From contig JAWAHS010000018.1 in assembly GCA_038889075.1 (NCBI GenBank), positions 1 through 28,328 of the forward strand: a DNA stretch of 28,328 nucleotides. The letters run 5' to 3'. Below the pieces are notes generated by a model that was given only the letters and a program-made list of their open reading frames with translations, was not told the origin of the DNA and did no database searches. The position numbers and the translations under genes are program-made. The DNA comes from Ignisphaera sp. (GTDB lineage Archaea; Thermoproteota; Thermoprotei_A; Sulfolobales; Ignisphaeraceae). This document shows positions 10,241-18,454 of this stretch, piece by piece; position 1 is the first letter of the stretch, and every line of letters begins with the position of its first letter.

Positions 10241-10718
10241 ATTATCCGATAGCTAAGCCTTGAGTTAAAGCTGAAGACGGTTATGATATCGTCTCTTGCT
10301 AACATTATCACCACCTAAATTTAAGTACTTGATGTATCTAGTTATCTCTGCAACTAAATTATTTCAATATCTAAGTTATTTACTCATCTACAGATACAGA
10401 TATATTTAGGTATAATCAGATCGTATGTACACAGAATTTCTATTCCATTTTAGCTAAAATACTGTAAAAGAGAAAAATTTCGGTTACATTTCTCGATCAT
10501 ATTGATCCGATTAGTAGCTCGAGTATAGTACACCCTTTGTTTCCATAGGTATCTTGTTATTCGATTATTGTCGTATGGTTTAAGTCGATCACTTTAGGAC
10601 TTATTATAGTGTTTTTTCGTGGGATGCTTAATATATTGGTTATGAGGGTAAATCAGTATAACGTTAAAGCTGTATATTTAAGTATAACGATGTTTATGAG
10701 CTCTATTTACTGTATATC

Positions 10719-11146
10719 TTAGGAGTTTTTCACAGCTTCTTTGTGTAGTGGTGCTTGTCAAGCGATGTGCTTTCCGATGCCTAGTTCAGGATCTTTCTTA
10801 GGGGGTGGAGTGTCTATCCAGAAGAGGGATCCCTATCATACATATTGTAGGGTACGAGGTTCTTAGCTATAAGCTCGCTAATTACTTTCTCTGGTACGTC
10901 GTTTAGCCAGAGGTGGTCTGGTCTTCAATGGCTTTAACTAGATGTTCTCTCCATTTTCTGACAATGCTCGGTATATCTTTGAGTACGATTAGCTGATCAA
11001 TATGTTTTACCATCCCTCGGGACACTGAAAAACAACCTAAATAGAGTAGGTGTTTTTTCAGCCCACTGTTCAACTCTTTTTATGGCATGGTCTATATCCG
11101 CAAACTCTATCTCAAGACTAGCGAATTTAAGTCTAATCCTATTCAT
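10719..11146 (-). pseudogene. Internally deleted crenarchaeal ATPase (ATPase_2-like family)
   Basis: N-terminus MNRIRLKFASLEIEFADIDHAIKRVEQWAEK...GKT is joined directly to the C-terminal signature WIDTPPPKKDPELGIGKHIA*QAPLHKEAVK, with stops and frameshifts. Confidence 0.8.
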
Positions 11147-11420
11147 GTCTACCGCCAAACACTATCCTAAAAACCTTAGTACTACATTATTATCCTATAC
11201 AACCGGTTACTGTACCTACTATCAACTTATGCCTAATTTACTGTAGCTCTCTAAAAGGTTTATAACTAAAACCTACTAATTCTGGAGGAGAAGCTGCCGG
11301 TAGTGTAGATGTAGATTTAGTGCAGCAGCTTGTAAATACAAGTGATTTCCTCAGTACCGAATTAATGTCTTGGTACCGCCTTTTTCTTCATAGTAGATAT
11401 AGCAAGGGATAGAAGTTCGT

Positions 11421-12000
11421 TTATTTCTCCAGATGGTATACAAGTCTATAGCTTTTGGCTATCGAGTAGGAATTCGATGTATCATGCATAGGTGTATACC
11501 CTAATCTATAGGCTTCAACAAGGTACTCGATACCGTCATCGATAACAGGTGCTTCACTTCCTTTATAAAGCTCCACACATCTACTGTATAGGGATCTCTT
11601 CATAGGACCGAAATCACCATCTCTACTAACAACAAAGTCTATAAAGTCCTTTAAACCGAGTTTCTTCAAGAGACTACTAGCTACATCTACAGTTTGTTTT
11701 GTAGTTATGCAAAATCTTGTGTATTTCCTAAGTTCCTCTAAAAGCGTAGGTCTTCTATTGGGAATCCATAGATAGAGCTTTCTCTAGATACTGGAGTACA
11801 GATACCGATTTATATCAAAGGTTTTCAGAAGCTGTTAATGAACAACACGAGCTCAAAGCTATTAGCAACGTAGAGCTACTTGTTAAACCTACTCTAATAC
11901 TCTAACTAGGATTCCCCTTACTTTAACTCAATTAACTGGTAGCTTAACTAGTGTATCATCAAAATCAAGCATAGCGATTTTCCTAGGACTTTGACAGAAA
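11421..12000 (-). pseudogene. HAD-superfamily hydrolase pseudogene
   Basis: Motif I KIAMLDFDDTLV (~11950-11985), motif II ITTK, LKKLGLKDFIDFVVSRD, motif IV VIDD; multiple in-frame stops in the cap region. Confidence 0.75.
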
Positions 12001-12231
12001 TCTTTAGGTATCTATTAATCCAAGCTCTTGACGGTTCTTTTGATTTTCTAGGTACTGAGGCTAGACGTTCTTTTCTCTTTTGAATTTCTGAAGTGCTTTC
12101 ACTATTTGAACAATATTTCTAGGTGCATCGGTTAACTCTACATTGCTCTGCGTAAGTCTTGATAGGATTGTCTTAGGCTAGCCTAGCTATATATTTTAAA
12201 TTAAAACATACTTACTTATCTAACCTAGGAG

Positions 12232-12345
12232 ATGGTGTGGGGAATAACATTTATAATAGATAGAGATGCTCTTGAAGTATATCTAGGAGTTGGGAAAGTA
12301 AGTGGATATGTAGAGATTAGAGGGTTTCAAAGGATTGTATACTAA
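12232..12345 (+). CDS. Possible 37-aa small protein or gene fragment (MVWGITFIIDRDALEVYLGVGKVSGYVEIRGFQRIVY)
   Basis: ATG follows AGGAG and an upstream TTTTAAA box; purine-rich coding-like composition; no family recognised. Confidence 0.3.
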   Translation: MVWGITFIIDRDALEVYLGVGKVSGYVEIRGFQRIVY

Positions 12346-12349
12346 TAGC

Positions 12350-12550
12350 GGTTGTGGTAAGGGGTCAGCTCTTGTATAGGTTTATATTGGTTGGCTTCAT
12401 CGCCTCATCTCTTTTCCTCTGCATTGGTCTTGGATCTGCATCGCCCTTGGAGGTGTTTAGGGCGACCCCTAGACATCCACATCTTGGGTATCTCGGGGAG
12501 AGCCTTCATCTAGAGCATCTCAGCGGCTCCCGAACCCCTCATCCAGCTAC
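12350..12550 (-). mobile_element. Remnant 3' tail/right end of a tnpB-bearing IS (IS607 or IS200/IS605 type), omegaRNA-like
   Basis: 12493-12365 translates as RYPRCGCLGVALNTSKGDADPRPMQRKRDEAMKPTNINLYKS*, resembling crenarchaeal TnpB C-terminal tails as I recall them; GC-rich patch with stem TCGCCCT/AGGGCGA (12441-12465); no RuvC or Zn-finger coding sequence upstream. Confidence 0.6.
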
Positions 12551-13082
12551 CTCCACACATATCGCTGTACAAGGTGTTTATAGGCGTTTCCATCAATATC
12601 AATCAATGAACAGATATGAAAAACGAAACAATTGCACAAGGCGGAGAGAGTCTAAGTATATTGCAAGGGTTTGGTTGGGAAGACCTTATCTAGTGTCTCG
12701 TGGATATATAGCTAAAAATGTGCTTCTACCAACCTTAGTTTAGTAAGGTATACCATTATTAGAAGATCGTGTTTTCTAGGAACTTTTATATTTGTACCGT
12801 ATGCTATGGTTGTCGTATTGATGTGTTATCCCGGTCCTTTTACAGCGCTATACTGTGTTTCTATTCTCTATAACTATTTCTGTTGAATAGAAGTTCTTAA
12901 TGATTTTTGCTGTTGAGAAAATTTAGAAAATCGAATAGTATGTAGCAGATCTCTATTCTATGTAGTTTATCCGGCTTTCCAGTCTTAGACTTCTCTATAT
13001 CGCCTTTCTACATCCCTTAGCTGGTGGGATCGGTTTACATAGATGTTTGTTGAATGGTAGCAACTGTTACAGCTGAGTAATG

Positions 13083-13418
13083 CTATCTTGATTTGGATTC
13101 GGGAGATTTTACTGTGAATCTCGGTGGCTCTATCCGTTCACTTTTACATTTAGGGCATCTGGATGGTTTCTTAGGCTTTTCAAGATCCTTAAATATATAG
13201 CCGCATTTTCTACACCTCGGTGGTATCATTAGAAGGATCTTTTTGTTACCGCTTTCTCTTCTAATACTCTTAGCTATATGCTCTAGATGGATATATACAT
13301 CAGAGACCTCGAGTTCAAAGGTTCTAGCTATATCTTCAGCGGAGACGGGCTCCTCTACCTCTTCCAGAAATCTTGTAATCCTCTCCCTAATACTCTCGTA
13401 TAGATCTTCTATAGCCAT
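13083..13418 (-). CDS. Transcriptional regulator, HTH fused to Zn ribbon (COG3357-like)
   Basis: N-terminal wHTH (SAEDIARTFELEVSDVYIHLEHIAKS) and PPRCRKCGY...KPSRCPKCKSERIEPPRF. Confidence 0.88.
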   Translation of the reverse strand: MAIEDLYESIRERITRFLEEVEEPVSAEDIARTFELEVSDVYIHLEHIAKSIRRESGNKKILLMIPPRCRKCGYIFKDLEKPKKPSRCPKCKSERIEPPRFTVKSPESKSR

Positions 13419-13450
13419 AGACCCACCTTAGCAGCAAGCTACCAAATAAA

Positions 13451-13537
13451 GTTTAAAAACCTTTAGAGAGTGAAAGCCTCTTGGCATCACCCTATAGGGT
13501 AGGGGTATCGGTGATGTTTTCTGCAAAGGTTTTATAC
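13451..13537. promoter_or_regulatory. Divergent BRE/TATA promoters flanking a palindromic element
   Basis: Minus-strand AAGGTTTTTAAAC (13463-13451), plus-strand AAAGGTTTTATAC (13525-13537); palindrome ACCCTATAGGGT at 13489-13500. Confidence 0.6.
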
Positions 13538-13572
13538 ATTGGTCTGTAAAATTCCTATAGAGGTGTATTATC

Positions 13573-13899
13573 ATGTCTATACTTATGAGGCATTTTGGTA
13601 CAGTGTTAGCTGGTGTTATACTGATTTTGATTGGTATCGATGTAGTGCTTCTATACTATAGTGCTGTAAATCCCTCTATACTTATGGCTATAAATGTTGT
13701 CTTTATTGGTCTCCTCCTACTGTATAGAGGGCTTACTGAGAGTAGTAAGGGGGAAAGGAAGTTCTATTTTATTTGGAGCCTAATCCTTATAGATATAGCA
13801 GTAGCTGTTTTGACATCGACAGTCACAGGTAGCGTTGTCCTAGGTATATCGATCTTTATCGTAGGACTAGGGTCGATAGTTATATACACCGTAAGGTAG
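13573..13899 (+). CDS. Small integral membrane protein, about 4 TM helices
   Basis: 108 aa, almost entirely hydrophobic segments; GAGGTG RBS and TATA upstream. Confidence 0.8.
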   Translation: MSILMRHFGTVLAGVILILIGIDVVLLYYSAVNPSILMAINVVFIGLLLLYRGLTESSKGERKFYFIWSLILIDIAVAVLTSTVTGSVVLGISIFIVGLGSIVIYTVR

Positions 13900-13965
13900 T
13901 CTGCAGCTATTTCATAGCCACTTTTAAACTCTATAATAGGAGAATATCCACATGGTGCAGTCTAT

Positions 13966-14463
13966 ATGGTTAGACGTGAGACGGCGCTTGAAAAACTTCT
14001 CAATATTCTACCCGGTTTTCATGGGTATAGAAGGAAGGAGTATATAAGAGAGGATGATAGGCTTGTAAGAGAATATATTGTTGGGATATTAAGTGGAGCT
14101 ATTAGAGATCTAGAGGAGGCTATAGCAAATCTAGCTGAATACGACTTTAAGGCAGCTGAGCTCTACGACAGTGTTTTGAGGGATTTGAGGGCTGTAGCAG
14201 ATAGGATTAGATGGGCTGAGCACGGCTATGCACCGCACTTCAATATTATTAAGATACAAGAGGAGGATCTCGGTAGAATTAGGGAGGTGGATGCAGGTCT
14301 GGTTGACGATGTCGAGAAGATAAGAGATTTTGTGATGAATATTAAAAGAGAGACTCTGTTGAGAAACCCGGTAAGGGATAGGGTTCCAGATCTGCTAAAG
14401 CTTTTGGATGATTTGAGGAGCCGGCTTTTAGAGAGGGAGAAAATTATTAGGGGTTGGACATAG
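13966..14463 (+). CDS. Uncharacterised alpha-helical/coiled-coil soluble protein
   Basis: 165 aa, charged heptad-like pattern, LPGFHGY and AEHGY motifs; GGTG RBS and CTTTTAAA box upstream. Confidence 0.8.
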   Translation: MVRRETALEKLLNILPGFHGYRRKEYIREDDRLVREYIVGILSGAIRDLEEAIANLAEYDFKAAELYDSVLRDLRAVADRIRWAEHGYAPHFNIIKIQEEDLGRIREVDAGLVDDVEKIRDFVMNIKRETLLRNPVRDRVPDLLKLLDDLRSRLLEREKIIRGWT

Positions 14464-14516
14464 AGAGGTGTCTATATACAAAACTTATTAACAAGTTAAT
14501 TCTATGATATCAGAGG

Positions 14517-15578
14517 GTGCGTATCTTGGTTTCAAATATAGTTGGGAAGGTCTTGGGCAAGGCTGGTAGCAAGGTAAGCGGTTTTCAGCCAAAGTTGATT
14601 GAATGGAGGGATGCGACTCCAAATGATATTGTTTGGAGGTATCCTGAGGAGGTTATTCCATGGGGGTCAACGGTAGTTGTAAAGGAGTGGGAGAGGGCTA
14701 TATTCTATAGGGATGGAAAAGTATATGGTATGCTTAGCCCTGGTAGGCACGTTCTTGATACACAGAACGTTCCATTTCTTCAAGGGCTTGTAGAGGGGGT
14801 GTATGGAGAGAGCATCTTTAGAGCTATAGTGATTTTCGTCAATATAAATAGGATGCAGGGGAAGTTTGGTGGTAGAAGCCAAACTGTAGAACTTATACCA
14901 GTGCTATTCCACGGCGTGTACTACTATAGGGTTGCAGATCCGGTTCTATTTGTAAACAAGGTTGTCGGACCTGATGATAGGTATACAAGGGAGGAGCTGG
15001 ACAACTATATCAGGAGCTACTTCCTAACAAAGCTCATGTCATTCATAAGCGGATCGAGCATAAGAGACCTATATATGAGGGTTGAAGAGGCGGGCAAGAG
15101 GGCTTTAATGATTCTTAGAAAGGCATTTGATGAAATCGGGCTTATGCTTGAAGATCTGCAGTTTGAGGGTATAGATGTGCCACCGGAGTATAGGGAGAGA
15201 ATGTTCTGGCTACTACAAGGTACATCAGCAGCATATCTAGTTCAGCAGGAGACGGCTAGAAAGTTTGCAGAAGCTATAGAGAAGACCCAGGCTGGTGGAG
15301 CAGCAATAGGAGCCGGGGTTGTCGCAATTCCATGGGCACTCCAGCCACCTCCACCACAGGCACAGCAACAGCCACCGCAGGCAGGGGTAGGTGGTGTAGC
15401 AGCAGCTGCAGCTCCGCAGCAGTATGTTGCCAGGTGCCCATACTGTGGACAGACACCCGTACCAGCAAATGCTAGATTCTGTCCCTACTGTGGTAAACAG
15501 GTTAAGTGGTGCTCCAATGGACATATAGCTCCTGTAGAGGCAAACTTCTGTCCTATCTGTGGCAATAAGCTTGGCTAG
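14517..15578 (+). CDS. SPFH (Band 7, YdjI-like) domain protein with C-terminal double Zn ribbon; likely start TTG 14526
   Basis: IVWRYP...VVKEWERAIFYRDGK...PGRHVLDTQNVP, HGVYYYRVADP; Gly/Pro/Gln linker; CPYC-CPYC-CSNGH-CPIC. Confidence 0.88.
   Translation: MRILVSNIVGKVLGKAGSKVSGFQPKLIEWRDATPNDIVWRYPEEVIPWGSTVVVKEWERAIFYRDGKVYGMLSPGRHVLDTQNVPFLQGLVEGVYGESIFRAIVIFVNINRMQGKFGGRSQTVELIPVLFHGVYYYRVADPVLFVNKVVGPDDRYTREELDNYIRSYFLTKLMSFISGSSIRDLYMRVEEAGKRALMILRKAFDEIGLMLEDLQFEGIDVPPEYRERMFWLLQGTSAAYLVQQETARKFAEAIEKTQAGGAAIGAGVVAIPWALQPPPPQAQQQPPQAGVGGVAAAAAPQQYVARCPYCGQTPVPANARFCPYCGKQVKWCSNGHIAPVEANFCPICGNKLG
15340..15425 (+). repeat. Low-complexity CAG/CCA/GCA tract encoding a Pro/Gln/Ala linker
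   Basis: Encodes QPPPPQAQQQPPQAGVGGVAAAAAPQQ between SPFH and Zn-ribbon domains. Confidence 0.7.
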
Positions 15579-15587
15579 GTCATTTAG

Positions 15588-16667
15588 ATGGCCGAGGAAT
15601 ATCGGTGTAGTAACTGTGGTGCTCCTCTAGACGTTTCTCCAGAGACCATAGCTATTGTGTGTAGCTATTGTGGATTCCTAAACTGGGTTAGAGAGGATTT
15701 AAAAGAAGAGGTGCTGGTAGTCAAGCCTATAGAGGAGGGGCAGGCTTTAAAGAGACTGGCAGATTTTGCAACAAAGAAAGGGCTTGGCGAGGTGTTTAGA
15801 CAGAGCAACCTATCTAAAGCAGCTGTTGTTGCAATCCCATTCTATTTCGTTGATGTGTCTGCTGAAGCCAACTACAGTGGTAGAGTGGCTGTACGTGTAA
15901 GAAAATGTAGGAGGGAGAAGGATAGTGAGAGGTGCTGGATAGATACCCACAATATCTATGTAAGGGGCGTCTATGGTCCGTATAGCGGTACAGTACCTGT
16001 AGTAGCTAGAAGAGGCTCCGATGTTGTGTCGGTAAAGGCGTTGGCAAACAGATATATGGCGAGTAGGGTAGAGGCGGTTCCTATAGGTAAGGTAGAGCTT
16101 GATAGGAATGTGTGGAGTAGCATTCTATCTATAGAAATAGATAGGAAGACGGCCATGGATATAGCACTAGATACACACCTGGATAGTATGAGGGAGATGG
16201 TTGAAAATGTTATAAGGAGAGAGGCAGAAAATAGAGTGAGGATGCGTGGTGAAAATGTTGTCGGCTCTACGGTTATATGGAAGAGGATAACACCTATAAA
16301 CGTAAAGATGGTGTCTTCTAAACCAATACTCCTGCCAATGTATATAGCGGTATATAGATATGGAAACGACATGTATAGATCCATCCTATGTGGATGGGAT
16401 GGGGAAGCTATAGTGTTAGAGAGGCCGATGAAGAGATTGGAAAGGGTTGCATGGGGATCCCTAGCAGCTATAGCCTCTGGAGTTTTAGGTGGCTTAGGGG
16501 TAGCAGCTATCGGTATTTGGATAGGCATTGGGCTTATAGCGATAGGCTCTATAGCCTCGTGGTACTGTATGAGAAAAGCATTAATGCCAGTTAAATCAAG
16601 CATATTTAGCTCCGGTGTTTTAGTAGGATCCGTAAAATCTAAACGGTATTCTAGGCTACTTAGTTAA
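15588..16667 (+). CDS. Zn-ribbon protein with C-terminal TM hairpin (YdjG-like)
   Basis: CSNCGA...CSYCG at N-terminus, IPFYFV and LLPMYIAVYRY...GWDGE core motifs, two Gly-rich C-terminal TM segments. Confidence 0.82.
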   Translation: MAEEYRCSNCGAPLDVSPETIAIVCSYCGFLNWVREDLKEEVLVVKPIEEGQALKRLADFATKKGLGEVFRQSNLSKAAVVAIPFYFVDVSAEANYSGRVAVRVRKCRREKDSERCWIDTHNIYVRGVYGPYSGTVPVVARRGSDVVSVKALANRYMASRVEAVPIGKVELDRNVWSSILSIEIDRKTAMDIALDTHLDSMREMVENVIRREAENRVRMRGENVVGSTVIWKRITPINVKMVSSKPILLPMYIAVYRYGNDMYRSILCGWDGEAIVLERPMKRLERVAWGSLAAIASGVLGGLGVAAIGIWIGIGLIAIGSIASWYCMRKALMPVKSSIFSSGVLVGSVKSKRYSRLLS

Positions 16668-16683
16668 ATGGAGGCGGCTCTGA

Positions 16684-17649
16684 TTGGATGGAGATAGAAT
16701 CAGGTTTACATGTTCTTTCTGTAGAGCTGAGTTCGATGCCCCTAAGACATTTAGGTATGCTACATGTCCATACTGTGGAACAACCTTTAGAATAGATAAT
16801 CCGGGGGTGAGGATAGACCACTACCTATTTATGGTATCGTATGATAAGAACTCTGCCTACAGACTGGTAAAGGAGTTTGCACTAATGCAGGTTGGGATAG
16901 CTGAGGACTTTGAAACAGCTACAGAGTTTGAATCAGCGTATCAGTACCTCATACCTCTATACATATATGAAGTAAATGTAAAGGCTATATGTGGTGGTGG
17001 AAAAGAGGAGGTTGGGGATAGCAAGGTGGAGATAGATATCCACGGGGGTGAGGAGGCAGCATACATAGTAACACCAGCAGCACAGGACATGCCAATAAAG
17101 ATACCGGTAGGCTACAGCTTTCCAGCAAGAGGTAGGAGATTCTTTAAGCCGACTATAGTTAGAGAAGGGATGTATTTACAGCCATCCCTCGATCCAGAGA
17201 CGGTATTCAGAATTGTTAAAGAGCCCTATATAAACAAGGTGATTTCAGAAGCTGTGACAGCATGTGGAAACAACTATAACTTGGTAGATAGCTCAAAGTA
17301 TATCGGAGTAGCACACTATCCATTCTGGCTAGTAAAGTATAGATATAGAGGCAATACATATACATCAATAGTAGATGCATCAGATGGAACGGTACTGCAC
17401 CTCGAATACCCAATAAGCTCAAAGTCGAGAGTAGTAGGTCTAGTTGGAGGAGTGGCCACAACTATCATAGCAGCAGCGATAGGGGGTATAATAACGGGAA
17501 TTGTAACAGGAACTTTTATCTACGGTCTCTTAGGAGGGGCTGTAGCAGCACTACCAGCACTTGGAATAGCGGTGCAGAGATTCATAAGATCTAAAGGAGT
17601 ATATAGATACAAACCATCAGAAGAGGCGGTATTCGTACCAGTAAGATAG
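16684..17649 (+). CDS. Second Zn-ribbon protein with C-terminal TM hairpin, paralogous architecture to upstream gene
   Basis: CSFC...CPYCG, LIPLYIY and YPFWLVKYRYRG...VDASDG motifs, two C-terminal TM segments. Confidence 0.82.
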   Translation: MDGDRIRFTCSFCRAEFDAPKTFRYATCPYCGTTFRIDNPGVRIDHYLFMVSYDKNSAYRLVKEFALMQVGIAEDFETATEFESAYQYLIPLYIYEVNVKAICGGGKEEVGDSKVEIDIHGGEEAAYIVTPAAQDMPIKIPVGYSFPARGRRFFKPTIVREGMYLQPSLDPETVFRIVKEPYINKVISEAVTACGNNYNLVDSSKYIGVAHYPFWLVKYRYRGNTYTSIVDASDGTVLHLEYPISSKSRVVGLVGGVATTIIAAAIGGIITGIVTGTFIYGLLGGAVAALPALGIAVQRFIRSKGVYRYKPSEEAVFVPVR

Positions 17650-18058
17650 CAAAAAGATTGGCACACTATATACGGATCACCCTACTCTATCTCAATAGAA
17701 ATTTGAAGGAATTGGATACAGTTTCTCAGAATATGAGATTAAAGTTGTAGAGGTTAGCGAGAGGAATATTTCTAAAATACGCTCCTCCTTGTACTGGGAA
17801 GCCTATTCCAATGGAACATCCGAACCAGGGTGGTGGAAACTGTATATACCAACTGATACGAAAGTCGGGTCCTGTAAAGAGGTTTTAAATGACGACAATG
17901 TGAAGGTCCTGCCCAGGGAGTGGGGATGAAAGATTTATAAGCTTTGACGCTCTAGCGTATACCTGATTAGAGAAGAGATTTGGATACCATTGAGGTGGAA
18001 GATTCGTACCTAAAATACGTGGTGGAGGTTAGCCTCTACAGGTATATATGGATTTGGG

Positions 18059-18454
18059 GTGCTTGGTTTGTCCTTCGAGGAGGCTGAGGTTTTACGGGAG
18101 CGGGCATATATGTTTCTAGAGAATAGCAGGTATTTGATGGAGAAAGGATTTTTTGATTTAGCTGCATTTAGCCTAGAGCAGTACTGCCAGCTTCTTCTTA
18201 AATACAAGCTTCTGGTTAAGACAGGTGCCTATCCTAGGTCACACTCCCTAACTAGGCTTATCGATTTTCTATCCAGGGTGGAGCCGAGCGTCAGAGTTCT
18301 GCTTGAAAGAGAGGACCTTTTAATAATGTTGACAAAGCTGGAGGATGCATATATAGGTGCTAGATATCTTCCACGTAGATACACCGAGATAGAGGTTCGA
18401 GCACTCTATAGATTTGTGGTAGAGGTGTTTCAGAAAATTGTCGAAGGGATTTGA
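18059..18454 (+). CDS. HEPN domain protein (start may be TTG 18068)
   Basis: FDLAAFSLEQYCQLLLK, YPRSHSL, YIGARY motifs; overlaps MNT gene. Confidence 0.9.
   Translation: MLGLSFEEAEVLRERAYMFLENSRYLMEKGFFDLAAFSLEQYCQLLLKYKLLVKTGAYPRSHSLTRLIDFLSRVEPSVRVLLEREDLLIMLTKLEDAYIGARYLPRRYTEIEVRALYRFVVEVFQKIVEGI

Noticed and set aside
12354-12743. 129-aa plus-strand ORF
   Set aside because: No recognisable motifs; better explained as the antisense of the tnpB-tail remnant plus random sequence.
15971-16603. 210-aa minus-strand ORF and similar antisense ORFs (5325..5660, 19182..19520, 21897..22247, 25416..25796, 27323..27634)
   Set aside because: Shadow frames inside well-supported genes, Ser/Ile/Leu-rich as expected from antisense reading.
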